A program made the translations under genes and the position numbers. From an uncultured Pseudomonadota bacterium (GTDB lineage Bacteria; Pseudomonadota; Alphaproteobacteria; RF32; CAG-239): a stretch of DNA of 64,000 nucleotides. The DNA is taken from the NCBI GenBank assembly GCA_902763155.1, contig CACWQS010000011.1, forward strand, positions 1,197-65,196, written 5' to 3'. This document shows, piece by piece, positions 9,245 through 18,386 of the stretch (position 1 is the stretch's first letter; each line of letters starts with the position of its first letter). The notes under the pieces are model-generated. The model was not told where the DNA came from and did not search any database. It saw only the letters and a program-made list of their open reading frames with translations.

Positions 9245-10423
9245 ATGCAAAAAATTAGTTTTGAGAACGGCGTAACATTGCTCATGAGCAAGAACGCCAA
9301 TGGTTACAAGGGTAACGAGTGCGAAATTTCTTTGACCATCAAGGCCGGTCACCAGAACACCCCGCTTGGTTTGGCGGCTGTCTATGAGGGCATTGTTGCC
9401 AAGCAGGCAATGGAAGGTATTGAGGCCGTTTATGGCGGTAACCTAACCAGTTTCTATGTAGGTGGAGCGGTAAAGAATTTGCCCACCATGCTGAAGAAGT
9501 TGTGGTTTTCGTGTAACACCCCAACCATTGATGAGGAAACAGTTCGCGCCGCTGTGGCTGACATCGTCCAGCACACACGAGACCTCGCCGCAGTTCCTGA
9601 TCGTCAGACACGCTTGGCATACAAGCACACTGCATTCCAGCAGGATCAGATTGTCTGGGATCCTGAGGATTACATCCGCCGCATCGAGGCTATCACGGTA
9701 GAAGACGTGCAGAACTACATCGACACCTACTATGTAGGTTCAAATGTAATTGTCGGCTATTCCGGTCCGGAGAGCGCCTTTGAGAAGGTAGAAAAGCAGG
9801 CTCGTAAGCTGTTTGCCGACCTTTCTGCCGGTAAGCCCAGTAAGCTCAGCAAGTTGAGCTATACCGGAGGCTATCAGGAACTGGATGGTAACGGTATCTT
9901 CTTCATCGGACGCTTCGGTTGGGACATCAGCGATCTCGACAACTTCACTGAAACCAACGTTCTGATGAATGTGCTTGATGCCCGTCTGGAGCGTGAGTTG
10001 GCACCGCTTGGCGTGACCCGCGAAATTAAAATCGCCGGTTACTTTGGACTCCGCACCATGCGTGTCAGCATCACCGCAACAAATCGTGAGGCTTTCGAGA
10101 AAGGTTTGGACATCGTCTGCGCAAACATCAGCCGTCTCAAACACAAGGAAGTATCTGACCGACGTCTGGAGACGAGCCGCACACGCACGATGAACCAGAA
10201 CTTGTCAGTCGCTGACAACAACGTGCTGCCACGTTCAGTCCACGCCGCCTGGCTGGAGCTGAAGGGAAGAAACTTCGATCGCGACCATTTCATCTTGAAT
10301 GTCTATGCCACCACGGCACAAGATTTGCGCGATAAGGCATGCGACATCTTCGGTTCAAAGATGACTGCGGTTGTCTATGGTTACCACACCAGCGAAGAAG
10401 AACTTCTCAAGAAGATGCAGTAA
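9245..10423 (+). CDS. M16 (pitrilysin/insulinase) family protein lacking the HxxEH zinc site (pseudo-peptidase)
   Basis: Start moved to ATG 9245 (MQKISFENGVTLL...). The M16 N-domain layout is present, with AVYEG where HxxEH is expected, and the M16_C-like ITVEDVQNYIDTYYVGSNVIVGYSGP follows. The gene is conspicuously more GC-rich than its neighbours. Confidence 0.65.
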   Translation: MQKISFENGVTLLMSKNANGYKGNECEISLTIKAGHQNTPLGLAAVYEGIVAKQAMEGIEAVYGGNLTSFYVGGAVKNLPTMLKKLWFSCNTPTIDEETVRAAVADIVQHTRDLAAVPDRQTRLAYKHTAFQQDQIVWDPEDYIRRIEAITVEDVQNYIDTYYVGSNVIVGYSGPESAFEKVEKQARKLFADLSAGKPSKLSKLSYTGGYQELDGNGIFFIGRFGWDISDLDNFTETNVLMNVLDARLERELAPLGVTREIKIAGYFGLRTMRVSITATNREAFEKGLDIVCANISRLKHKEVSDRRLETSRTRTMNQNLSVADNNVLPRSVHAAWLELKGRNFDRDHFILNVYATTAQDLRDKACDIFGSKMTAVVYGYHTSEEELLKKMQ

Positions 10424-10444
10424 TTGCATACGCTTGACTTTTAC

Positions 10445-10480
10445 AAAGGAGACTGTATAATGCAGTCTCCTTTGAGTTTT
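10445..10480 (+). terminator. Intrinsic terminator after the M16-like gene
   Basis: AAAGGAGACTG (10445-10455) pairs with CAGTCTCCTTT (10463-10473), followed by GAGTTTT. Confidence 0.65.
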
Positions 10481-10494
10481 AAATAGAGGGAAAA

Positions 10495-11343
10495 ATGAAT
10501 ATAACAGATATTTTAATTGATACGCTTGTTGACAGTCTAGAGCTGTTTCCACTCTTATTTATTACCTATTTGTTTTTAGAATATCTTGAACGCAAAATGA
10601 CCGATAAAACCACTGTTTGGGTGCAGAAAGCCGGTCATTTCGGACCACTCATCGGTAGCCTTTGCGGCACTATTCCTCAATGCGGATTTTCTGTCGTCGC
10701 CGCTAACTTATTTGCCGCCCGCGTTATCAGCATCGGCACCCTAATCGCCATATTTCTATCCACTTCCGATGAAACATTACCGATTCTCATCTCTAGCGCC
10801 GCTTCCCCATTGCTGATTGCAAAAATCATCGGCTATAAGTTTGTTTGCGGCATTATCTTCGGCTACCTGATTGATTATTTGTGGCACCAAAAACACCCAA
10901 TGCCCAACATAAATATTGAACAGTTATGCGAAGATGAAAATTGCCATTGTGAAAATGAAGAAAATATTTGGCTTCCCGCCTTACACCACAGTTTAAATAT
11001 TACTTTATTTATCTTTGTTATCATTTTAATTTTAAATATTTTATTTGCATTTATTCAGCCTGATTATCTCACAAAATATCTGCAAACTCCCATATTCAGC
11101 GAATTGCTCAGCGGTCTGTTTGGCTTATTACCAAACTGTTCAGCTTCTGTTGTTTTAACCCAATTATACCTCGAAAATTGCATAAACATCAGCACGTTAA
11201 TCAGCGGCAGTCTTGTCAACGGTGGAGTTGGTTTATTGGTTTTATTTCGAGTTAACAAACGCTTAAAGCAGAATTTTAAGATATTAGGTGTATTATACAC
11301 ATGCGGCGTTATCGGCGGGCTTATCAGTCGCCTGATTTTCTAA
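10495..11343 (+). CDS. Polytopic permease, putative 10-TM metal/arsenical exporter-like (ArsP_2-like)
   Basis: 282 aa, about 8-10 TMs, with duplicated motifs IPQCGFSVV and LPNCSASVV as in the two-fold repeat of that family (recalled, not searched). Confidence 0.45.
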   Translation: MNITDILIDTLVDSLELFPLLFITYLFLEYLERKMTDKTTVWVQKAGHFGPLIGSLCGTIPQCGFSVVAANLFAARVISIGTLIAIFLSTSDETLPILISSAASPLLIAKIIGYKFVCGIIFGYLIDYLWHQKHPMPNINIEQLCEDENCHCENEENIWLPALHHSLNITLFIFVIILILNILFAFIQPDYLTKYLQTPIFSELLSGLFGLLPNCSASVVLTQLYLENCINISTLISGSLVNGGVGLLVLFRVNKRLKQNFKILGVLYTCGVIGGLISRLIF

Positions 11344-11352
11344 GAGGAAAAA

Positions 11353-11922
11353 ATGGCAAATGTATTGTTAATTTTAGCATTATTATTGCTTTTTACAGGT
11401 TCAATAATTATCGTTGTCTTGGGCATAATCGGCACATATTTGATTATTGCCGGCAAATTTATGCGTTTTTCACCACCGGTGCCATCATCAGGCAAAGTCA
11501 AAAAGAAAATGCTTGCTCATGCCGTCCAATATCTCGAAAAGCACCAAAATCTGACTATTACGGATTTAGGTAGCGGTTGGGGAACTTTACTCTTGCCATT
11601 GGCACAAAATTTCCCAAACCACCGCTTTATCGGTTATGAATTGGCTAAACTACCTTATTATACCAGCAAATTACGTGCACTGAAATTACAAAATATACAA
11701 GTCAAAAGACTAGACTTTTTTAACGCCGATTTTTCCGGCATCGATGTTATTTTTTGCTTTTTATTACCATCTGCCATGCAACAATGTTATGATAAAATTT
11801 TGCCCAAATTAAAGAAAGGTACGATAATTTATGCCAATCGTTTTCCTCTGCCAAATATTGAACCAAACGAAATTGTTTCACTCGACTCTGATTACGAAAC
11901 ATTTTACGTTTATAAAATATAG
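11353..11922 (+). CDS. Class I SAM-dependent methyltransferase with N-terminal TM helix
   Basis: 189 aa with motif I ITDLGSGWGTLLL followed by an acidic loop (IGYELA). Lies 9 nt after the upstream permease gene. Confidence 0.6.
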   Translation: MANVLLILALLLLFTGSIIIVVLGIIGTYLIIAGKFMRFSPPVPSSGKVKKKMLAHAVQYLEKHQNLTITDLGSGWGTLLLPLAQNFPNHRFIGYELAKLPYYTSKLRALKLQNIQVKRLDFFNADFSGIDVIFCFLLPSAMQQCYDKILPKLKKGTIIYANRFPLPNIEPNEIVSLDSDYETFYVYKI

Positions 11923-11962
11923 AGTTTACGCAATTTACAAAACTATCCAAACAACATTAAAA

Positions 11963-12303
11963 TCCTAAAGAATGAGGTTGATACGCAGTTCCACTCTTTG
12001 CGCGATATACAAAAATAGTACATAAGAATTAAGACTAAAAAAATCCGGAGAATGAGGTTGATAGAAAAAGGTTTTTTGTCGCGGTGTACAGAAAATAGTA
12101 CATAAGAATTAAGACTAAAAAAATCCGGAGAATGAGGTTGATAGAAAAAGGTTTTTTGTCGCGGTGTACAAAAATAGTACATAAGAATTAAGACTAAAAA
12201 ACTCAGAGAATGAGGTTAATACGAAGAAAGTCTTTTTGCGTAGTGTACAAAAAGGGTACATAAGCGAAAAGACTTTCAAGTAGTAACCCATCATACGAGT
12301 TTT
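11963..12303. repeat. Tandem array of four units of the same repeat family. The first three are about 80 bp and the last, about 100 bp, abuts the fadL-like stop.
   Basis: Units start at 11963, 12044, 12124 and 12203. The 12044 and 12124 units are near-identical (80-bp period). The 12203-12303 unit is near-identical to 5357-5460. Confidence 0.9.
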
Positions 12304-13581
12304 TTAGAAATTATAAGTCAATCCGAAGGAAAATACCTTAACCGAATTGGAATAATCTGCCGTTACATGACGTCCTTTGTTACCGGTATAACGCGTATCC
12401 AAATGCGCATCATGCGCTTTAATATAGGTAAATCCGGCATCAAAGCTCAAATTATCATTATATTTATAACCTAAACCAACTGAATACCAAATGCGGTCAG
12501 AATCCGGAATACGCGGCGTACGATGTTGCACCCGAACGGCACTTTGGTCATAGGCTAAACCCAAACGCAATTTCCATTGTTCATCAAGCATATAGCTGGT
12601 ACCGATTGCATAAAAATTGGTATCACGCCAATGCTCATGAACGCGCGAAATTTCCATACCGGAATAAGCGCCTTCTCTGCTCACATAAACCAAATCATGG
12701 AAAGAGCTCCAGAACACACGTTGATATTCCGCCATTATCGCTAAACGTTCATTGATGTCATGATAGATACCCATTGACAGCATAGCCGGCGTGTTCAATT
12801 TTGCACTGATATCACCGTTTAACAAAGTGTGATACGGTTCAGCCTGTGCCGAAACAGAAGAGTTCATATCGCCTTTAATTTTGTGTTTGATTTCACTGCG
12901 ATAACCAATACCAACACGTGTTGCCGGTGTAAATTCATACATAGCTCCCAGCTGATACCCAAAATCTAAAGCATCGCCATCTGCCGCCACATGATTAACC
13001 GGTATATAACTACCTGATTGCGTCGGTAACATAGAGCTGTTGGTCAAATGCGCCCACACATATTGAATTTGCAAACCGGCACCAAGCGAGAGCTTGTCTG
13101 TTGCCTTATATGCCGCCATTGGTGTAAAGGTAGCAGTTTTAACATCAGAAGTAATACCATGGTCACCACCTGCCCAGTCACGGTCATATTTAGTAATCAT
13201 ACCGAATGGGCTGTTACCGGCCAAAGCAATAAACAATTTATCATTTACCTGATGCGAAATTGTAAAATATGGTGAAACAGCCGCATGAACCACATTTTGC
13301 GCATCGGCACCGCGTTCGCCTGTTGCAACATTGCGTACATTTTTCGCTTCTGCTTTTGGCGCAATATATGTTGCTCCTCCGGAAAATTGCGTTCCTTTGA
13401 TGCGTGTCAAACCGGCTACGTTATAATATGCATAGGCATTATTTTCGGCACCTGCCGTTGCACCGGCATAAGCATTACCTTGTGCGGCAGCCGATTGCTC
13501 TCTTAAGTGGAAACCGGCAGCCATTGCTGTTGATGAGAGCAAAACCGTGCTCAAAGCAACCAATACTAAACTTTTTTTCAT
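12304..13581 (-). CDS. Outer-membrane hydrophobic-compound/long-chain fatty acid transporter, FadL/OmpP1/TodX family
   Basis: 425 aa with a signal peptide ending AMA, the N-terminal AGFHLREQSAAAQGNAYAG hatch motif and a C-terminal aromatic residue (YNF). Confidence 0.85.
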   Translation of the reverse strand: MKKSLVLVALSTVLLSSTAMAAGFHLREQSAAAQGNAYAGATAGAENNAYAYYNVAGLTRIKGTQFSGGATYIAPKAEAKNVRNVATGERGADAQNVVHAAVSPYFTISHQVNDKLFIALAGNSPFGMITKYDRDWAGGDHGITSDVKTATFTPMAAYKATDKLSLGAGLQIQYVWAHLTNSSMLPTQSGSYIPVNHVAADGDALDFGYQLGAMYEFTPATRVGIGYRSEIKHKIKGDMNSSVSAQAEPYHTLLNGDISAKLNTPAMLSMGIYHDINERLAIMAEYQRVFWSSFHDLVYVSREGAYSGMEISRVHEHWRDTNFYAIGTSYMLDEQWKLRLGLAYDQSAVRVQHRTPRIPDSDRIWYSVGLGYKYNDNLSFDAGFTYIKAHDAHLDTRYTGNKGRHVTADYSNSVKVFSFGLTYNF

Positions 13582-13827
13582 TATAAACCTTTTATTTTGT
13601 TAGTCCCTCGGACATTTCAGCCGAAATATCCGAAGAAATGTATATCTGATTATATTGAATTTGGCAATAATCTGTCATAGCACTGGGGATAATTTCGTAT
13701 ATATAAACATAACTATATGAATATACTAAACTTTTTACCTGTTAATTACTTTTGTATTTTTGCTTTACAAAATTTGACCGGTGCGCTAAATATTATATTA
13801 TGTTTCAATCACAGAAAGGAACGACTT

Positions 13828-16020
13828 GTGACGGATTTTACAAAAATATGCTTAAAAGCAGTATTAAAACTTCTAAAAGCTAAATGTCATTTTGATTTTG
13901 ATATCTCAAAACTACCGCAAAAAGCAGTTTATGTTGCGAATCATGTATCATACTTAGATCCGATTATGCTGTACGCATTTTTACCGGGAAGACCTGTTTT
14001 TGCCTTAAACGGCCATCTTTATCGTCGTCATTGGATTCGCTTTTTGATGCGCAAAGCCGATATTATTCGTTTTAACCCTATTGAGCCTAGTGATATTAAA
14101 AAATTGATTGCTAAAATTGATGAAGGACGCCAAGTTGTTATTTTTGCCGAAGGGCGAATTACTGAAAACGGTGGTCTGATGAAGATTTATGAGGCTCCTG
14201 GTCTGGTAGCGGATAAATCTAAGGCTCCGCTTATTCCAATTTGGATTGATGGTCCGCAATATGGCTATTTTTCAAAAACCAAAGGGCATCTTCCGCATCG
14301 ACCTTTACCTAAAATGCAAATTTTCATCGGAAAACCGCGTAGTTTTAAACTTAAAGACGAATTACGTCGCCAACGCGACCACATCAGTAACGAAGTATAT
14401 ATGATTCTGCGTGAAATCGGTTTTAACCTTAATTATAATCCTAAAATTTCATTGTTTGCACAATTGATGAAAACCGCCAAAGTATATTCTCGAACCGGAT
14501 TTTTCTCAAAACGTCCGCGGATAATCGAAGATATCAACCGCAAGCAAAAATCATATAAGGATATCATTGTGGCCTCCTTCGCTTTGGGACGCCGTTTCAA
14601 AAAATTTACCAAACATAATGAAAACGTCGGCGTATTGCTGCCGAATGCCATCGCCACGGTTTGCACATTTTTCGGTCTTTCGGCCTATGAACGCACGCCG
14701 GTAATGATTAACTTTTCGGTCGGTGCAAAAAATATGGTTTCTATGTGTAAAACCGCACAAGTTAAGACCGTAATTACTTCTAAATCCTTTATATTAAAAG
14801 GTAAATTAGATACCGTGGTAGAAGAAATAAAAAATTCAGGCTGTAATATTGTCTATCTGGAAGATATTGCTAAAAAGATGCCGTTAACCACAAAGTTGGG
14901 AGCCCTTTTAAGCTACAAACTAAAACATATACCACACAAAGAAGGCGGAGATAAAAAGGCCGTAATTGTCTTCACTTCCGGTTCAGAAGGTGCGCCGAAA
15001 GCAGTATTGCTCAGCCATTCAAACCTTATTGCAAACGTAAGCCAACTGGCAGCCATTCAAACTATAACATATAAAGATTTGTTGTTTAATGCCTTACCGA
15101 TGTTCCACAGTTTTGGTTTAATGGTCGGTATGCTGTTCCCGCTGTTTAACGGTTCTAAGCTGTTCTTATACCCGTCACCATTGCATTATCGTGTAGTGGC
15201 CGAACTGGTTTATGAACTTGGCGTTACGCTGATGATCGGTACAGATACCTTTTTGCGCGGCTATGCTAAAATTGCTCATCCTTTTGACTTCCATAACGTC
15301 CGCCTTATGTATTCCGGTGGCGAAGCTGCCAAGCCGGATACTCGCAGTATGTGGATGGAACACAGCGGCATTAGAATGATGGAAGCCTACGGTTCAACAG
15401 AATGTTCACCGGTTATGACCGCCAATAACGGTATATTCAACAAATTCGGTTCAATTGGCAAGCTCTTGCCGGGCATGAAATACAAAATCGAGCCGGTTGA
15501 CGGTATTGAAACAGGCGGAGAACTTTGCGTTAAAGGCCCGAATGTAATGTTGGGGTATTACATGCCGGATAATCCGGGAGTTTTGGTCCCGCCGACAGAT
15601 GGTTGGTATCATACCGGCGATGTGGTAGATATTGATGAAATCGGTTTCTTTACAATTAAAGATCGCATTAAACGTTTTGCTAAAATCGGTGGAGAGATGG
15701 TTTCTTTAAACGCCGTTCAAGATATGGTTATAGCTTCTACCGGTAACAGCGACGAAAGCACAAATTACAGCTACGGAGTCGTTGCCATTCCGCATGAAAG
15801 TAAAGGTGAACAAATTGTTTTGGTTACAAATAACAAAGACGTTACATCTTCATCCTTGCATGCTTATGTTAAAGCTAATGGTATGTCCGAATTATACCTG
15901 CCGCGCGTTATTTTGTATCACGATAAATTGCCGGTATTTGCAACCGGTAAAGCAGATAATGTAACACTCAAAAAAGAAGTATTGGCAGAACTATCTCCAA
16001 CTATAGAAAAGGCGGCATAA
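13828..16020 (+). CDS. aas: Bifunctional 2-acylglycerophosphoethanolamine acyltransferase / acyl-ACP synthetase
   Basis: PlsC-type HX4D motif (NHVSYLDP) followed by an AMP-binding domain (FTSGSEGAPKAVLLSH, GWYHTGD). I prefer the GTG start at 13828 with AAGGAA 7 nt upstream. The track ORF opens at 13717. Confidence 0.8.
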   Translation: MTDFTKICLKAVLKLLKAKCHFDFDISKLPQKAVYVANHVSYLDPIMLYAFLPGRPVFALNGHLYRRHWIRFLMRKADIIRFNPIEPSDIKKLIAKIDEGRQVVIFAEGRITENGGLMKIYEAPGLVADKSKAPLIPIWIDGPQYGYFSKTKGHLPHRPLPKMQIFIGKPRSFKLKDELRRQRDHISNEVYMILREIGFNLNYNPKISLFAQLMKTAKVYSRTGFFSKRPRIIEDINRKQKSYKDIIVASFALGRRFKKFTKHNENVGVLLPNAIATVCTFFGLSAYERTPVMINFSVGAKNMVSMCKTAQVKTVITSKSFILKGKLDTVVEEIKNSGCNIVYLEDIAKKMPLTTKLGALLSYKLKHIPHKEGGDKKAVIVFTSGSEGAPKAVLLSHSNLIANVSQLAAIQTITYKDLLFNALPMFHSFGLMVGMLFPLFNGSKLFLYPSPLHYRVVAELVYELGVTLMIGTDTFLRGYAKIAHPFDFHNVRLMYSGGEAAKPDTRSMWMEHSGIRMMEAYGSTECSPVMTANNGIFNKFGSIGKLLPGMKYKIEPVDGIETGGELCVKGPNVMLGYYMPDNPGVLVPPTDGWYHTGDVVDIDEIGFFTIKDRIKRFAKIGGEMVSLNAVQDMVIASTGNSDESTNYSYGVVAIPHESKGEQIVLVTNNKDVTSSSLHAYVKANGMSELYLPRVILYHDKLPVFATGKADNVTLKKEVLAELSPTIEKAA

Positions 16021-16103
16021 AACACGGAAAAATTATTTTTTTGTTGCATAAAAACCGAAAATGAATATTCTAAACAGAGTTTAATAAAATATAAGGAAAA
16101 AAA

Positions 16104-16577
16104 ATGGTAGGAAGTATAAATAAAGTTATTTTAGTAGGTAATTTGGGTGCAGATCCGACTGTCAGCACTATGACATCAGGCGATAAAATCGTAACACTAC
16201 GTGTTGCTACTTCTGATTCGTGGACCGATAAATCTTCTGGAGAACGTAAAGAAAGAACCGAATGGCATCGCGTGGTTATTTTTAATTCACAAATTGCCGA
16301 TACTGCGGAACGCTATTTACGCAAAGGCTCTAAAGTATATTTGGAAGGACAGTTACAAACTCGTAAGTGGACTGATAATAATGGGCAAGAACGCTACACC
16401 ACTGAAGTTGTTTTGCAACGCTTTAACGGCAATATGGTAATGCTTGATGGTAGAGGAGATAATACCGGCGCAGCAACAATCCAAGATGGCGGAGATGTTT
16501 TCGCTACATCATCTTCCGGTTGGGATACAGCTTCGACGGCTCCATCGGCAAATTTAGATGACGATATTCCGTTTTAA
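16104..16577 (+). CDS. ssb: Single-stranded DNA-binding protein
   Basis: 157 aa with an OB-fold N-domain (INKVILVGNLGADP...TEWHRVVIF), a Gly-rich linker and the acidic tail DDDIPF. Confidence 0.95.
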   Translation: MVGSINKVILVGNLGADPTVSTMTSGDKIVTLRVATSDSWTDKSSGERKERTEWHRVVIFNSQIADTAERYLRKGSKVYLEGQLQTRKWTDNNGQERYTTEVVLQRFNGNMVMLDGRGDNTGAATIQDGGDVFATSSSGWDTASTAPSANLDDDIPF

Positions 16578-16596
16578 TAAAAATATATCAATCTGC

Positions 16597-16636
16597 AAAA
16601 CTTCGGATTGATTTGGTTTCGATTCGAAGTTTTTTT
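16597..16636 (+). terminator. Intrinsic terminator after ssb
   Basis: AAAACTTCG (16597-16605) pairs with CGAAGTTTT (16625-16633) and runs into a T-tract. The loop is rather long at 19 nt. Confidence 0.5.
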
Positions 16637-16654
16637 GTCGGCGAAGGAAAAAAT

Positions 16655-17731
16655 ATGAAAATATTGGTTGGAATGAGTGGCGGTGTAGATTCTTCGGTTG
16701 TGGCTGCAATGCTCAAAAAACAAGGGCACGAGGTCATCGGAGCCACGATGTCTATTTGGGATAAAAATACGGATTTTCACGGCAATATCAGTGCCGATTC
16801 TTGTTTTTCGCCGCATGAAGAACAGGATATCTCGGCCGCCAAATCATTATGCGAAAAACTGGATATTCCTTTTTATGTTTTAGATTGCTCGGCACGTTAT
16901 AAAAAAATGGTGTTAGAGAATTTCAAATCCGAATACAAGGCCGGACGCACTCCGAATCCTTGCGTTATGTGCAATTCTTATATTAAATTCAACGCATTAC
17001 CGGAAGAAGCCGCGGCTCAGGGAATTGCGTTTGATAAATTTGCCACAGGGCACTATGCACAGATAAAATTTAATGAAAAAACAAATCGTTATGAAATACA
17101 TCGCGGTATTGATGTTACTAAAGATCAGTCATATTTTTTATACAGATTAAACCAAACCCAGTTGTCACATATCTTGATGCCGTTGGGAGCCTATACCAAA
17201 AAGCAAGTGCGGCAAATAGCGGCAGAATATGGTCTTGATGTATCTGATAAACCGGATAGTCAGGATTTTTATTCCGGCGATATTAACGATATTTTACAAA
17301 ATGAGCCGCAAATCGGCAACTTTGTAAATACCTCAGGCAAAATTCTCGGTCAACATCAGGGATATTGGAACTATACCATCGGTCAGCGCCGCGGTATGGG
17401 AATTGCCGCCGAACGCCCATTATATGTCATCGGCATCAATAAAGATGCTAACGAGGTGGTGGTAGGTTTTGAAGAAGAATGTGAAAAATCAAGCCTTATT
17501 GCAACTAATCTCTGCTGGTCGGCGATTGAGAATCTGGATGAACCGCTAAAATGCGAAGCCAAAATCCGTTCATCGCAACAACCGACGGCAGTAGAGGCTA
17601 AACCTTTGGCAGACGGTACATTGCAAGTAGATTTTTATGCTAAACAAAAGGCTATCGCCCCGGGGCAATCGGTTGTCTTGTACCAAAATGACATCATTCT
17701 CGGCGGTGGAATTATCGAAAAATCTTTATAA
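16655..17731 (+). CDS. mnmA: tRNA 2-thiouridine(34) synthase
   Basis: PP-loop MKILVGMSGGVDSSV at the ATG 16655 start (RBS AAGGAA upstream). Conserved NPCVMCN and DQSYFL motifs. Confidence 0.9.
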   Translation: MKILVGMSGGVDSSVVAAMLKKQGHEVIGATMSIWDKNTDFHGNISADSCFSPHEEQDISAAKSLCEKLDIPFYVLDCSARYKKMVLENFKSEYKAGRTPNPCVMCNSYIKFNALPEEAAAQGIAFDKFATGHYAQIKFNEKTNRYEIHRGIDVTKDQSYFLYRLNQTQLSHILMPLGAYTKKQVRQIAAEYGLDVSDKPDSQDFYSGDINDILQNEPQIGNFVNTSGKILGQHQGYWNYTIGQRRGMGIAAERPLYVIGINKDANEVVVGFEEECEKSSLIATNLCWSAIENLDEPLKCEAKIRSSQQPTAVEAKPLADGTLQVDFYAKQKAIAPGQSVVLYQNDIILGGGIIEKSL

Positions 17732-17736
17732 AAAAA

Positions 17737-17770
17737 GAGCCCGAGACACATTGTTGTTCTCGGGACTTTA
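17737..17770. terminator. Hairpin between convergent mnmA and the repeat-protein gene
   Basis: CCCGAGA (17740-17746) pairs with TCTCGGG (17758-17764). An A-run on the left gives a T-tract for the minus-strand transcript. Confidence 0.55.
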
Positions 17771-17774
17771 AAAG

Positions 17775-18308
17775 TCAATTCTGCGGGCAATACTTTTGAT
17801 ATTGTGCGTAGAGTTCAGGATGTTCGGCCTTCAAAATATCAACAAAATCAGAGAACAGAATATGCTTATGCTCCACATAAATCCTTAAATCTGTCTCATA
17901 TTCAGGGGCAAATAATTGCGCCTCAGCATTGCGGTTATGAAATCCGTGTCGTTCAATATACATCCGCCTAAATTTGGTTATTCCGACTGCCGTAAATAGC
18001 AACATTTCATTATCGGCATCGTGCAAACAACCGCGCTCAATATAAGCACGCAAGTAATGACGATATTCAACAGTAAATAATTTTGCTTCCAGAGCAGCAT
18101 TTAACACCCAATGATGAATGAAAAAATCCAACACATCTTCATTTTCTGGCTCAAAAAGATACGGCTGATTTTCAGGTGAAAGCGAATGGTGTTGTAAATA
18201 TTCAAACATCACTTCTCGCATTTCCAGCTGAAACAGTTGCAGTTCGTCCTTTTCATCTAACATATGACGCGGATCTTTAACCCACGCTAAAGTTTTTTCT
18301 TTTTCCAT
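17775..18308 (-). CDS. Hypothetical protein built from about five 26-28-residue LF-x..Y[IL]E[RH]H repeats
   Basis: ORF 17775-18383. I favour the MEKEKT start at 18308. The internal repeat was seen by eye. No family recognised. Confidence 0.45.
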   Translation of the reverse strand: MEKEKTLAWVKDPRHMLDEKDELQLFQLEMREVMFEYLQHHSLSPENQPYLFEPENEDVLDFFIHHWVLNAALEAKLFTVEYRHYLRAYIERGCLHDADNEMLLFTAVGITKFRRMYIERHGFHNRNAEAQLFAPEYETDLRIYVEHKHILFSDFVDILKAEHPELYAQYQKYCPQN

Positions 18309-18386
18309 AATCCCTATACTTATAATTAAAAATCGGAGCAAACGTACTACATTTGCCCCGCTCCTGTCAATATTATTTTTCAAAAC

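Noticed and set aside
9339-10293. Four minus-strand ORFs (9339-9635, 9443-9628, 9740-10144, 10039-10293)
   Set aside because: They are antisense to the M16-like gene. Long stop-free antisense frames are the expected by-product of its elevated GC content, and the products look like translated noise.
11943-12182. 79-aa ORF through the 80-bp tandem array. Likewise 35558-35776 (72 aa) and 5131-5352 (73 aa) through the other repeat clusters.
   Set aside because: The reading frames simply follow the repeats, so the peptides are internally repetitive for that reason. There is no RBS, and the repeat copies differ by indels that would break any coding constraint.
11963-12303. Possibility that the regular 80-bp array is a CRISPR array
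   Set aside because: The whole 80-bp period is repeated with no alternating unique spacers. No cas genes are in the window, and units are shared with non-array copies at 5284-5460.
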